A stretch of 64,000 bases of DNA from Squalus acanthias (GCA_030390025.1 CM059452.1:9052001-9116000); one strand, 5' to 3'; positions 24,612 through 37,305 are shown, numbered from the stretch's first letter. Notes: generated by a model from the sequence alone, not told the origin. Numbers and translations are program-made.

Positions 24612-25131
24612 AGTTTTTGTATCGCGGGAAGCCGAGGCCCATCACTGTGTAGTTATCATACTTGTACTCAGCTTTACAGTAATAGGTGGCGCTGTCTTCA
24701 ACTCGCACATCCCGAATTTCCAACGAAAATGTCTTTTCTGCCTTATTAGTCCTCACAACAAATCGCTCCTCACTCGAGATCCGCTCCCACTCTGTCCCGG
24801 TCTGGGTTTGTCTGAAGAAATGTCCACTCGTTAAAGGATTAGCATAAAAACCACCATAGAAAACACAGGTGATGGTGAGAGACTGACACTCCTCCCTGGT
24901 CACCGCTGGCGGGGTCTGTACCACTGAATTACTGAAAGAGCCTGGAAATTAAACAGAGAGAGTTTAATGGGCCATCAGAGCCGAACCACACAACGGGGCT
25001 AAAACCCAGAGAGTGTCCGCAATTCGGATGGACCCGGGCAGTTTTACAGTAAATCCACACAATATCGGTTTGTTTGATCGGTACTCACGGGGTAAACAGA
25101 CACACAGGGTGAAAACAAGGAGGATTCCCAT
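24612..25131 (-). CDS. NAR-TCR V gene: leader 25089-25131, V exon 24650-24941, RSS 24612-24649
   Basis: Leader MGILLVFTLCVCLP with GTGAG donor; short NAR-like V lacking a full CDR2 (VTREECQSLTITC...RVEDSATYYCKA) with extra FR1 Cys; CACAGTG-22-ACAAAAACT. Confidence 0.9.
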
Positions 25132-26334
25132 CGTTCTGTTGCCTGGAGCGGATGGTTTATATGACGGGGAGCTGGAGACTGCAGCCCAGGACTGTTCTGG
25201 GAGACTGTACCACAGACCTGGACTGAAATACTTCAGGAGACCGAGTTAATTAGCACAGGGCGGTGTCCCGGAGATCATTGATGGGCCGCACGGTTCCCGG
25301 ATCTCTGGCTGTGGCTTGTGTTAATAAGCGAGAGGTTTAAAGAAAAACCTGCAGTTTTCTGGCGCTTCATTGGGTCTCTGAGCCCGATGTGAAAGTCCCT
25401 CCCACATTGTACAGGGGGGAGTTGTTCTGTCGGCAGAGACTGCCGCCCGCCTTTGCCCCACATTAATAAGCTGGGAGGTCGGTTCCTGTGGTTTTATTTG
25501 GTGGTGTTTATTGAGGGTGGAATGTGGGCCCAGGGCACCGGGAGAATCCCCCGCTCCTATTCCAATAGTGCCGGGGATACTTTAACATCCTGCTGAACGG
25601 GCTGGCGGGACCTCGGTTAAACCTCTGCTCGAAGGACGGCGCCTCAGACCCTGCAGTACTCCCTCAGTCCAGCAACTGAGTGTCAGGTTACACATGAGAC
25701 AGTGTAGGGCCATTTTCAATATACAGGCAGATACACACAATATACACAAATAATAAACTCTCTCTGTAATTTAAATAAATGCTTCATGCACCGTCCCCTT
25801 CTGTGGTTTGCTTGTAAAGTTATGTTTCAATTAAGTAACGATTGCTTTCAAAGTCTCTAATATTCAGCGTTTCCAGGTGCAGTGACAGAGAATGAAGCGA
25901 CACTCGGAAGGCGAATCGACATTGGGGAAACTCTGTGCTTGTGGCTTGTTTTAAAGAACACAATCACTACCTTGTGACATCTGTTCATTGTGTAAGAACA
26001 GTATCTGACCCAGCAACATACCCTGATCAACTAAACCTAGTGTACAGGCCGCGATCAAAGGGTCCGGGAAACTTTCAGGGGAGATGTGTAAAGGGCTACA
26101 CAATATTGCACGCATGCACCGAAAGGGTATCAAAGGACAAATGGCGAGTAAAGGGCCACAGAATCATGGCCGACAGTACGTCACATAATCACGGCCGACT
26201 AATGGGAGCTGTGCTGAAACACTACAATGCCGCAGTTACGCTGTAAGCATCAGTTGATGCAAATACCAATTGATAAAAAAATCCTGCTTTTAGAATGGTA
26301 ATGAGTGTGAAAATGTCTTATCTTGTTATCTTGT

Positions 26335-26770
26335 GTCTTGTGTGGCTCAGTGCTGGCACTCGTGCCAATGAGTCAGAAGGTTGTGGGATCAAGTCTCGGC
26401 TGACACTCCAGTGCAGTGCTGAGGGAGTGCTGCACTGTCCGAGGTGCTGGCTGTTGGATGAGACGTTAAACCGAGGCCCAGTCTGCTCTCTCAAGTGGAC
26501 GTAAAAATACTATGGCACTATTTCGAAGAAGAGCAGGGGAGTTATCCCCGGTGTCTCGGCCAATATTTATCCCTCAATCAACATCACTGAAACAACTTAT
26601 CTGGTCATTATTACATTGCTGTTTGTGGGAGCTTGCTGCACGCAACTGGTTGCCGCGTATCCGACATTACAACAGGGACTGCACTTCAAAAGTACTTCAT
26701 TGGCTGTAAAGCGCCGTGGGACGTCCCGAGGTCGTGAAAGGCGCAATATAAGTGCAAGGCTTACTTTCTT
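26335..26770 (+). mobile_element. tRNA-derived SINE (Deu-domain type)
   Basis: tRNA-like head tggctcagt...gggatcaagtc, core gcagtgctgagggagtgctgc...gacgttaaaccgagg; second copy at 61545-61970. Confidence 0.7.
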
Positions 26771-27619
26771 TATATCTGGTGAGTGTGACCTGCTTAGGGC
26801 CTGTAATGATTAATTTAGGGATCCATAATCTTCAGATTTTGGATTTTCAATGAGAGAGAATCGAGAGAGTAGCGCATCGGCGCTTTTCAGTAATTTACCG
26901 CTCATCTGCTTTAAGTTCCCGGGAGCAGTGCGCGGGAGCGGGTTCAAAGCCCCGAGGGTGAGGTGTAGGGCGGGTCCTCGATAACAAGAGCTCAACACAG
27001 CAGGGCGTGAAACACTCCTTACAACTTTCACTCATATTAGAAAAGACGTGGCGCAGAAAAACACACAAAACAGGCGGTTTCGGTTTGTCTTTTGCCCCTT
27101 TAACATCGAACTTCACCATCAGTACAGTTAATGGCTTCAGAAATCAGATCTCAGGCTGTGTTTTTCATTCACATTTTAATATTCCTTTCTCCATCTTCCT
27201 GTCTGCAGTTCCTGGTTATGGGAAGCTGGGTTGGAGCGGTTCTGAATAGATGTACAGAGAAGCAGCAAAGGTTTTACATCTTTAAACTAAAGACTGGAAG
27301 ACGGAAGTTCACAGGAGTATAGGTGAAGAGTAGAGACAGGATATGAGAAGGCATAGGCAGGCACGGAAAGGGCGTCAATAGACAAAAGGGGAGGTAAGGC
27401 GCCACAGATGGATTTGTGAAGTTATTTTTAAAATTATAAATGGGAGTTGAAATCACCAACTAATATAATTCCGCCAGTGGAGTTCACCTGTTGATGATGA
27501 GTAATGTGTATTTGCCCTTTTTAGAATCTATGTGACTCTCACTGTGGAGGCTGAATTATCGCTTCTGTTTATCGGGGTGAGAGCGCCCTCTGCTGAGCAC
27601 TAACTGGAACTCTCAGTGT

Positions 27620-28142
27620 GGTTTTTGTACGGGATCCGCTATATCTCTGCAGCAGTGTGGGGCTCATCGCACAGAAATACACGGCGGTGTCGGAGATCAG
27701 GGCTTTGCCGATCGTTAGCTCGGTAATCTTAGTAGTTTCATTAAACGTAGAATTAAATCGATCCGTGAAGTCGGGGTTCCGGTTTCTATCCCTCCGATAA
27801 GACGAATCGCATACTGTGGAGGCTGCCCAAGGTGCTGACTGTACCAGAACACATAAGGGCTTCTGTCGCTTGCTTTTAAGGTGCTGGTTAGGGTGACATT
27901 ACTTTCCTCTTCAACCATCATTTCAGGGACCGGCTGTTCCACTGTGTCTTGGTGGCTCCATTCTAATATAAAATAATTATAATAGTCAGAATCATCATCC
28001 CCTCAACCAACATAATCATCATCATTTGACCAATAATAACATCTGGGATACAGCAGTCAGAGGAGAATGGATGTTTACTGGGAAGGAATTCCTGACCGAG
28101 AAGAGATATAATGATGAGGAGCGGTGCGAGACGGTTCCGCAT
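27620..28142 (-). pseudogene. TCR alpha/delta V pseudogene (leader 28097-28142, V 27660-27962, RSS 27620-27659)
   Basis: Leader MRNRLAPLLIIISLL; first Cys replaced by Ser; frameshift after YAIRL; DTAVYFCAMSP end; CACACTG-24-ACAAAAACC. Confidence 0.85.
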
Positions 28143-28980
28143 GATGTCCCTGAGTCTGTAACTCTGCAGTCCGGGAAATCCTCTGTCGGAGCAGAAATAC
28201 AGATCCCCGCCCCACTGCACTGCTGATCCAACCAATGTCAAACAGGGAACAGCGGCAGCAATCTCTCCAATAACACAGGGCAGGCAAGGTGGGTCAGAGC
28301 GAGGGCAGGAAACGGAAGCTGTGGGCGGTGTGATCACCGTAAGATCCACCTGTGAGGAACTGAATTCAATAATAATGTCCCCTTTGGAAATTATATACCT
28401 CTGTCTCTCTATAAGGGCGGCGTTACTTTCACATTCATTACAAATTCGGGACAAGCAGACTCGCGACAGGAATTGCAGAATTATCATATTATTCAAAAAT
28501 TTACAAAATTTTGTTGTGAATTGGGTTAAAACCAGGGGCTGAAACTAGCGGTGGGAAATAGAGCAAAATTGCAACCGATCCCGAGGTTCTGGAGGCGCAC
28601 ATCTTGTTTCAACTTCACTAACTTCTGAAATCATAAAACTGTAAAGGAATGTATAACATTAATAAACATAAATAATGAGATCAAAAGGAATTTCATGTTA
28701 ATTTATATTGAGGAAGTGTCAGTCAGAATTATTGACGCAAGGTGCCCGGCGGTGGGAATCGGCGCTCTGTCAGCGCCACCTGGTGGCCGAGTTTAAAGCA
28801 GTTTCTTTGAGCTGATCTCACAGATCGCGGTTATTGTACGATGTGTCCCGAAGTCCTTCTCAATGTTGACCTCAGTGCACCGTAGTACACGGCGCTGTCA
28901 GCGAGCCGCAGCTCAGAGGGTGAAAATAGCGATATTTCAGGACGTTTCCAAAATGACAGAGAAACGGTCGTTATCTTTAA

Positions 28981-31450
28981 CACCACTTGGAAGAAGCACT
29001 GAGAGTAGCAAGGGCGCAGAATGTACTCTGGGTGGGGGACTTCAATGTCCATCACCAAGAGTGGCTCGGTAGCACCACTATTGACCGAGCTGGCCGAGTC
29101 CTGAAGGACATAGCTGCCAGTCTGGGCCTGCGACAGGTGGTGAGAGAACCAACACGAGGGAAAAACCTACTTGAGATCGTCCTCACCAATCTATCAGTCG
29201 CGGATGCATCTGTCCATGACAGTATTGGTAGCATGACCATCGCACAGTCATTGTGGAGACGAAGTCCTGTCTTCACACTGAGGATCCCCTCCATCGTGTT
29301 GTGTGGCACTACCACCATGCTAAATGGGATAGATTCAGAACAGATCTAGCAGCTCAAAACTGGGCATCCATGAGGCACTTGGGCCATCAGAAGCAGCAGA
29401 ATTATATTCCAGCACAATCTGTAACCTCATGGCCCGGCATATCCATCACTCTACCATTACCATCAAGCCAGGGAACCAACCCTGGTTCAATAAGGAGTGT
29501 AGAAGAGCATGCCAGGAGCAGCTCTAGGTGACTACATGCATGCTAAAAAGCGGAAGCATCATGCTATAGACAGGGCAAAGCGATCCCACAATCAACGGAT
29601 CAGATCAAAGCTCGGCAGTCCTGCCACATCCAGACGTGAATGGTGGCGGACCATTAAACAACTAACGGGGGGAGGAGGCTCCATGAATATCCCCATCCTC
29701 AATCATGGAGGAGCCCAGCACGTGAGTGCAAAAGACAAGGCTGAAGCGTTTGCAAACATCTTCAGCCAGAAGTGCCGAGTTGATGATCCATATCGGCCTC
29801 CTCCTGAGGTCCCCACCATCACAGAAGCCAGTCTTCAACCAATTCGATTCACTCCACGTGATATCAAGAAACGGCTGAGCGCACTGGATACAGCAAAGGC
29901 TATGGGCCCTGACAACATACCGGTTATCGTGCAGAAGACTTGTGCTCCAGAACTAGCCACGCCTCTAGCCAAGCTGTTCCAGTACAGCTACAATACTGGC
30001 ATCTATCCGACAATGTGGAAAACTGCCCAGGTATGTCCTGTCCACAAAAAGCAGGACAAATCCAATCCGGCCAGTTACCGCCCAATCAGTCTACTCTCAA
30101 TCATCAGCAAAGTGATGGAAGGTGTCATCGACAGTGCTATCAAGCGGCACTTACTCACCAATAACCTGCTCACTGCTGCCCAGTTTGGGTATCGCCAAGA
30201 CCACTCGGCTCCCGACCTCATTAAAGACTTGGTCCAAACATGGACAAAGGAGCTAAATTCCAGAGGTGCGGTGAGAGTGACTGCCCTTGACATCAAGGCA
30301 GCATTTGACCGAGTGTGGCATCAAGGAGCCCGAGTAAAACTGAAGATATTGGGAATCAGGGGGAAAACGCTTCACTGGCTGGAGTCATAACTAGCACAAA
30401 GGAAGATGGTTCTGGCGATTGGAGGTCAATCATCAGAGTCCCAGGACATCGCTGCAGGAGTTCCTCAGGGCAGTGTCCTAGGCCCAACCATCTTCAGCTG
30501 CTTCATCAATGATCTTCCCTCCAACATAAGGTCAGAAATGGGGATGTTCGCTGATGACTGCACAGTGTTCAGTGCCATTCACAATTCCTCAGATAATGAA
30601 GCAGTCCATGCCCGCATGCAACAAGACTTGGAACCCGTTCAGGTTTGGGCTGATAAGTGGCAGGTAACATGCGTGCCACACAAGTGCCAGGCAATGACTA
30701 TCTCCAACAAGCGAGAGTCTAACCATCGCCCCTTGACATTCAACGGCAGTACCATCGCCGAATCCCCCACTATCAACATCCTGGGTGTCACCATTGACCA
30801 GAAACGTAACTGGACCAGCCACATAAATAATGTAGCAACAAGAGCAGGTCAGAGGCTGGGTATTCTGCGGCGAGTGTCTCACCTCCTGACTCCCCAAAGC
30901 CTTTCTACCATCTACAAGGCACAAGTAAGGAGTGTGATGGAATACTCTCCACTTGTCTGGATGAGTGCAGCTCCAACAAGACACAAGAAGCTCGACACCA
31001 TCCAGGACAAAGCAGTCCGCTTGATTGGCACCCCATCCATCACCTTAAACATTCACTCCCTCCACCACCGGCGTACCGTGGCTGCAGTGTGTACCATCTA
31101 CAAGATGCAATGCAGCAACTCGCCAAGGCTTCTTAGGCAGCACCTCCCAAACCCGCGACCTCTTGCACCTGGAAGGAGAAGGACAGCAGGCGCATGGGAA
31201 CACCACCACCTCCAAGTTCCTCTCCAAGTCACACACCATCCTGACTTAGAAGTATATCGCCGATCCTTCATCGTCGCTGGGTCAAAATCCTGGAACTCCC
31301 TACCTAACAGCACTGTGGGATTACCTTCACCACAAGGCCTGCAGCGGTTCAAGAAGGCGGCTCACCACCACCTTCTCAAGGGCAATTAGAGATGGTCAAT
31401 AAATGCTGGACTTGCCAGCGACGCCCACATCTCATAAACGAATAAAAAAA
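28981..31450 (+). mobile_element. 5'-truncated non-LTR retrotransposon (APE-RT), inactivated
   Basis: GDFN, DIKAAFD, GVPQGSVLGP, FADD motifs with stops and frameshifts; A-rich tail; clade not assigned. Confidence 0.9.
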
Positions 31451-31454
31451 ACTT

Positions 31455-32165
31455 AGAGTCATAGAGTCATAACAGCACAGACGGAGGCCACTCGGCCCAT
31501 CGAGTCCGTGCCGGGGCCCTGCAGAGCAATCCAGTCAGTCCCATTCCCCCGCTCTATCCCCGTAGCCCTGCAAGTTTATTTCCCTCAAGTGCCTACCTAG
31601 TCTCCCCTTGAAAACATTGAATGTGTCCGCTTCCGCCACTTCCATCGGCAGCGAGTTCCAGGTCCTCATCACTCGCTGCGTAAAAATGTTTTCCCTCACA
31701 TCCCCCTGAATCTCTTGCCCAAAAGCTTAAATCTGTGTCCCCTAATCCTTGTACCATCAAATAGTGGGAACAGCCTTTCCCCGTCTAGCCTATCCAAACC
31801 CGTCATAATCTTGTACACCTCAATCAAATCACCCCTCCACCTCCTTTGGTCTAATGAAAACAAATCCAGCTTCTCCAACCTGTCCTTGTAGCTAAGATCC
31901 CCCATGCCCGGAATCATTCTGGTAAATCTCCTCTGCACCCTCTCAAGGGCCTTCACATCCTTCCTAAAGTGTGGTGACCAGAACTGGACGCAATACACCA
32001 GTTGTGGCCTAACCAGCGCTTTATAAATATTCAGCATAACTTCTCTACTTTTATACTCAATACCTCTATTTATGAAACCCAAGATCCCATATGCTTTGCT
32101 AACCACTCTCTCAATATGTCCCGCCACCTTCAGGGACCTTTGCACATTAACTCCCAGGTCCCTCA
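31455..32165 (-). mobile_element. CR1-type LINE 3' fragment
   Basis: ORF 31696-32175 LVRPQLVYCVQFWSPHFRKD. Confidence 0.85.
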
Positions 32166-32389
32166 CCCTTTCCAAAGGAATGTGTCTGAATTACGACAGT
32201 GGGAGCCTTGTTCTGGCTCTGAGGGTAAAGCTCCAGGTAATAGCTTGCTAGGGATGTTGAATGACTACAATTAATGCTCATTGAGGTTTCTTCCACAGAT
32301 TGGGCTTCGATTGGCCACTGCTCAACTGAGTCTCCAGAACTCAGTCCTGCAGAAAACATTCCTGGTTACCCATGGAAACAGAATGAAAA

Positions 32390-32612
32390 CAGATAACAGA
32401 GAGATAGATAGATGGAGAGAGAGAGACACACACACACAGAGACAGAAAGACAGATAGAGAGATAAAATGATAGAGACACAGAAAGGGAGATCGAGAGCGA
32501 GAGAGAGAGAGAGAGGGACAGAGAGAGAGAGAGGGACAAAGTGATAGAGACACAGAGAGAGAGAGCGACAGAGAGGGAGAGAAAGAGGGACAGCGAGAGG
32601 GAGACTCACACA
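32390..32612. repeat. GA-rich simple repeat
   Basis: (GA)n/(GACA)n low complexity. Confidence 0.85.
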
Positions 32613-32854
32613 CATAGCTCGGCATGGAAAGAATTTGTAGGGAGACATCAGTAATTGGTCCACAACTAACACTGATTGGTGCACAGCTGGTATCAGTTCT
32701 GAGAGACCAGCCAATCCTGTCCCTGGGAAACGCCCCTCAGTTTCCTAATCAGTGAATCTTGCCCCTGATCTGAGTTTACTCGTTAATATCAGACTAGAAG
32801 GTCAACATATTTAACGCGTGCTGCTATTTTCTGTCGAATTCTAAACCAGACAAC

Positions 32855-33332
32855 ATGTGCTCCCCATGTTCTTTACTGATAATAATTGTCGTGCTGTCCG
32901 GTGAGTACATGTTTAATGGGTCAGTGTGTGTTCCATGGCTTTTATTTATTCCCAGACTTATCACACATTCTGTATTTTTTTTGCAGGAACGCGTGGCAAA
33001 GACTCAGTGTCCCAGGATCCGCCTGAATTAATGGCTCAGGAAGGACAGACCATAATACTGAACTGTAGTTACTCGGCAGAGTACACTGGTTCAACTCTCT
33101 TCTGGAACATCCAGTATCCCGGGGAAGCTCCTAGATATTTACTGAAGCGATATAGCTCGGTGTCGGGAGACAAGTCTCCAGATTTCCCAGACCGGTTCTC
33201 TGCTGACTTGGACGCAGACAAGAAAACGGTTCCTTTAAATGTCTCCGGGGCGCTTGTCTCTGTCTCTACCGTGTATTTCTGTGCGCTGAACCTCACACTG
33301 TTACAGGGGCGCAGTCAGTCCGTTCAAAACCA
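32855..33332 (+). CDS. TCR alpha/delta V gene, open frame (leader 32855-32900, V 32987-33293, RSS 33294-33332)
   Basis: Leader MCSPCSLLIIIVVLS with GTGAG; KDSVSQDP...LNCSY...LFWNIQ...VYFCALN; CACACTG-23-TCAAAACCA (weak nonamer); conserved Asp before YFC replaced by Val. Confidence 0.85.
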
Positions 33333-34916
33333 GCAAAGGACTTTCACCTCCTCTCACTGAATCAGATCTGGGACTTGGATTATGATAATACAACAGAACC
33401 AAACTATAAAAATAAAAAGATAGATCAATATATATAGCTGGATGGATATCTAAGTAGATAGACAGACAGAGAGATAAATAGAGTCTCCCTATCCTCACTT
33501 TCTCTCTCAATGATCCTTTGTCTGAAAGTATCCAGCCCATGCAGACAAAACCCAGCCCATTCGATTCCGGCAGCAGGTTCTGCGAGTGTAAAACGCGGTC
33601 TGTTTCACTGCTCAGTGACGGGTTTGTTCTCGACAGTTTGGGAGCTGAATGTTGAGATAGTTGGACACTGGCGCTTCAATCATCCCGAGTTACCGACTAC
33701 AGTGAAGCCAAGAGGTAGATCAGATTGTGAAGAGGCTAAAACAGTTACCTCGGAATATAACTTAAATTAACATTCGGAAGTAAAACTTGGGGACACGGGT
33801 TCAAAATATGAAAGGTCATTTTAGGCCTGATATCAGGAAATTCTTCAGACACAGAGCGATAACTGTGTGGAATCAGATTCTAGATCGATCAACGAGCGTT
33901 AAACCTGGGAATAATGGATATTCCAACGGGGAAGGAGAAGGGGCTGTGGTGTTAGGATCTCGCTGGGTGGATAAACTAAGTAGTGGCAGAATTCCTTCTC
34001 CCATGCGGAATTATCCTATAATCTTGTGAACTGTGCGAAGGCAGGACTTGGAATCGGACATTTAGTTGCCACCAGAGGGCAGTGGCAACTAAATGTGTTT
34101 TTTCTTCCTTCATGGGATGTGGGTTTGGAGTCACTTACAGGTCAGACAGCAGGTTTCCCTTCCCTAAAGGACATTAGTGAATTAGATGGGTTTTTACGAC
34201 AATCCAGTAGTTTCATGATTAACATTACTGATACTACATTTATTTAATTAACTGAATTTAAATTACGCTGCTGTCGTGTGGTGGGATTTGAATTCACGTC
34301 TGCAGATTATTAATCCAGGATTATTCGTCCAGTAACAGAACCACTATGCTACCGTTCCCGTAAGTGTTCACTGTTGGTTTCAGTGTATGGGGCGAGTTAC
34401 AAACTGAGAACATTATTCAATGACTTTATTGAAGAAACGGAGTAAAGAAATAGTTCCAGAAATAGAAGTATTAATTTCAAACAGAAGCTGTGCTTTATTC
34501 TCAATGTTATTATGAAGTATTAAAATATTATTAATGAAAATATGCTGCATATATTTTTTAATAAGCAGCTCTTCCCAGTATCACTTTGGCTGTCTGTGCC
34601 CTCCCATTCAAACCTGTCAGTCACGCCCCATTTCATTCATGTCAAAGGCGGCGTCTGTCTCATTTACCGCATCGCTGTGTTTAAATCCTCCCGGGACCTC
34701 TACATCCGCCTTTATAACTGTGGGTGGTTCTAATGGTCAGTGAGCAGCTCTTTTAACGCGAGCCTCCGGCACTGATAACAGAACAACATTAACTATTACA
34801 CTTCACTGCGTCCACCTCCCAGATTGACCCTGTTAATGGGCCAACATTGGGTTCAATTCCGGTCCAGTTCTCTGTTGCGAGGAGAACAATTTCACTCCGT
34901 TCCCCGCTGCCCGCTC

Positions 34917-35105
34917 TGACGTCATGAATTGGAGAACAAAGGAGCTGTGAGCTGATTCGATCAATTGGAGAATAAAGGAGCTGTGAGCTGATTCGATCAA
35001 TTGGGGGGGAAAGGAGCGGTGAGCTGATTCGATGAATTGGGGAACAAAGGAGCTGTGAGCTGATTGGATGACATCTGCTGCCTCTGTTAGGAATAAACCA
35101 ATCGG
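34917..35105 (+). promoter_or_regulatory. Candidate V promoter: CRE (TGACGTCA) followed by four ~36-bp ATTGG-containing repeats and a CCAAT
   Basis: TGACGTCA at 34917-34924; repeats aattggagaacaaaggagctgtgagctgattcgat; located 100-290 nt upstream of leader ATG 35206. Confidence 0.5.
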
Positions 35106-35205
35106 CCGAGAGGCCGGATATTACTCAACATCTTCCCAGCTCTTGATTAAAGCAATTTCAGGTTCAACCCGTTTTGTTCAAATCCGCCAGCAACTCCCTG
35201 CAAAC

Positions 35206-35257
35206 ATGTTGGCTGTTACTTTTTATTCATTCGTCACAGCTGAAGCTCTCTTAACTG
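35206..35257 (+). other. Orphan or alternative V leader exon
   Basis: MLAVTFYSFVTAEALLT with phase-1 GTAAG donor; no V exon recognised before 36473. Confidence 0.55.
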
Positions 35258-36327
35258 GTAAGTTTACATGTTACACAATACTGTATTTCACATCTGGATC
35301 ATACATTATATTTAATCGGTCAGTTGCCTGAACACAAGTATATCAATAGGTTGATACGAAGTGAAGAAAACCATCTGGAACATCCTTGACGCAACACTGA
35401 ACAGTGTTTGGGGGAAACTAAATAAACACAACTGAGCCACGGCTGACAGCTCGTACTTGTAGATTGGAGTTAAACTGTTTATTTTAATACATATTTATCT
35501 TTGTTAATAATAAATATGTAATGTGTATGTACAAAATCCAGGCAGATGAGTGAGAGTCCTTTGTAGAGGTAACAAGGCTGATGACTGGCAAACAGATGGA
35601 CACCGGTCTGTCTGGGTCACTTTATGGCGGTAAGTTATTATCTCGGTGAAAAATATCGGTTTGAATGTAGATGAAGATGTTCAGTTTCTTTCACTCACTG
35701 TCACTAATCAGACCGAGGTGGTTGCCGGGGTTGTGCGTGGGGGGGGGGGGGGGGGGGGTCGGGTTTGAATAACCTTCTCCTGGAGGCACACAAGCGGAAG
35801 ATTTTCTCTGGTCTGTCAGTGGAAATCTCCTCGGATAGTTGCTTTAGCGAAATCGTAAATGCGTTAACTGTTTGGGTAGAAATAGCGAGCAGAGGAAATC
35901 TACCACCCAGAGTGGATAGTTCAGTGTGAACAGGAATGAAACAGGAGAATGAAGCTAATGCTCTCGGTGAGCCGTCACACACCGACAAAAATTAAACAAA
36001 CACTCAGTGTGACCGATTCGGGCCCAGTAAATAAATCCCTAAACGTCAGCAAAGCTGAAGCTTTCTTCACACCACAGATTCAGCTCACTGAGAGAGTTAC
36101 TCCAACCTCAGATAGTTTAAGCTGTGGCTCAAAGGCCTTCAGGTGACCCATTGTCCACATTTGAATCTCAACTGATTATATCGGCGGGTGTATTGGAGAT
36201 TACGGAATTGGAGGGAAACAATGAGAGCAGGAAATGACAGTGAACCAATAGAAGCCTCTGACGAGATCTATTCCGGTTCGGGTTTGGACTTTTAACCGGA
36301 CCGACAGGTTCGGGCTCGTCAGCGGCC

Positions 36328-36823
36328 ATGCGGCTATTCAGCGCCTGGGTTGTGTTTATGGTGTTTATTGTCGGTAAGGATGAATCGAATCAATTCGTTT
36401 TCAAACCAAAGTGTTAATATTATTTCAGCTTTTAATGCTCGGTCTTATCTTGTTACTGAACACATGTTACAGATCAGAGTGATGGAGATTCTGTTACTCA
36501 GTCCCAGACTTCAGTCAGCAGCAGAGAAGGTGAAGCGCTGACTATAAGATGTACCGACAGTACCACAGCCAGCAGCTATTATTTATATTGGTACCGGCAC
36601 CAACCAGAGAAGGAGCCCCAGTTTGTAATCAGCAGACGGTCTTGGGACGCACGTGAACTGAGAGGAGAAGGTTTCGGAATCCGTTTCTCTGCTGAGCTCC
36701 AGACCTCGACTAAACTCACCAGTTTAACCATCTCTGGGCTGCAGCTGACTGACGCTGCCGTGTATTACTGCGCTCTCTGGGACTCACAGTGATGGAAAGC
36801 AGTCTCAGCCCTGCACAAAAACT
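36328..36823 (+). CDS. TCR alpha/delta V gene, intact (leader 36328-36373, V 36473-36784, RSS 36785-36823)
   Basis: Leader MRLFSAWVVFMVFIV with GTAAG; GDSVTQSQ...TIRCTDSTTASSYYLYWYRH...LQLTDAAVYYCALWD (not in ORF track); CACAGTG-23-ACAAAAACT. Confidence 0.93.
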
Positions 36824-37305
36824 GCCATTGGACTGTTGGGCGGAGCTCCTGTCTGTTGGGGTTGTGTGGAATCGCGGGCAGATGCAGCCACAATGTGCAG
36901 CACGCTGTCAGGCGCTCAAACACACACCGAGAGGAAACCAAATTAACCTCGGATCAAACTGTCACCCAACTATTTCCAGGAGCGGCCGAGAAAACAAACT
37001 GCAGAATCCAATCGGCCAGAAAGATCGATCACAGAATGAACCGACCGGTTAAACTGTCCTTTCTGCTTCTGATCAGCTGTTTTCCCTTAAAGTCATGGGT
37101 CGATGTTCAGATCAGCTCCGAGAAAGAGGTTGTTGACAGCGCCAGGAACTTCCTGCTGGTCGCTCCGTTTATTGGACAGGATCTGGTCCCTATATTCTGC
37201 CTGTGTTTGTGATTTTTTTTATACCCGTTACATTAACCCGCGGTTATTTAATGTCGTGAAGACAACTCATTAAAAAACATTTCCATCAAAGCCCAAACAG
37301 ATATG

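Larger units (their letters stand above)
28829..32349 (-). pseudogene. TCR V pseudogene split by two LINE insertions (5' half ~32165-32349, 3' half 28868-28980)
   Basis: GDSVEQWP...SINCSHSTS and LRLADSAVYYGALR (Cys to Gly); mutated heptamer AACATTG-23-ACAATAACC. Confidence 0.8.

Noticed and set aside
26258-26265. Octamer ATGCAAAT as an Ig promoter
   Set aside because: About 1.1 kb from the nearest leader and among repeats; expected by chance
34540-34720. Possible degenerate leader/V remnant on the minus strand
   Set aside because: No recognisable Cys/Trp framework or RSS
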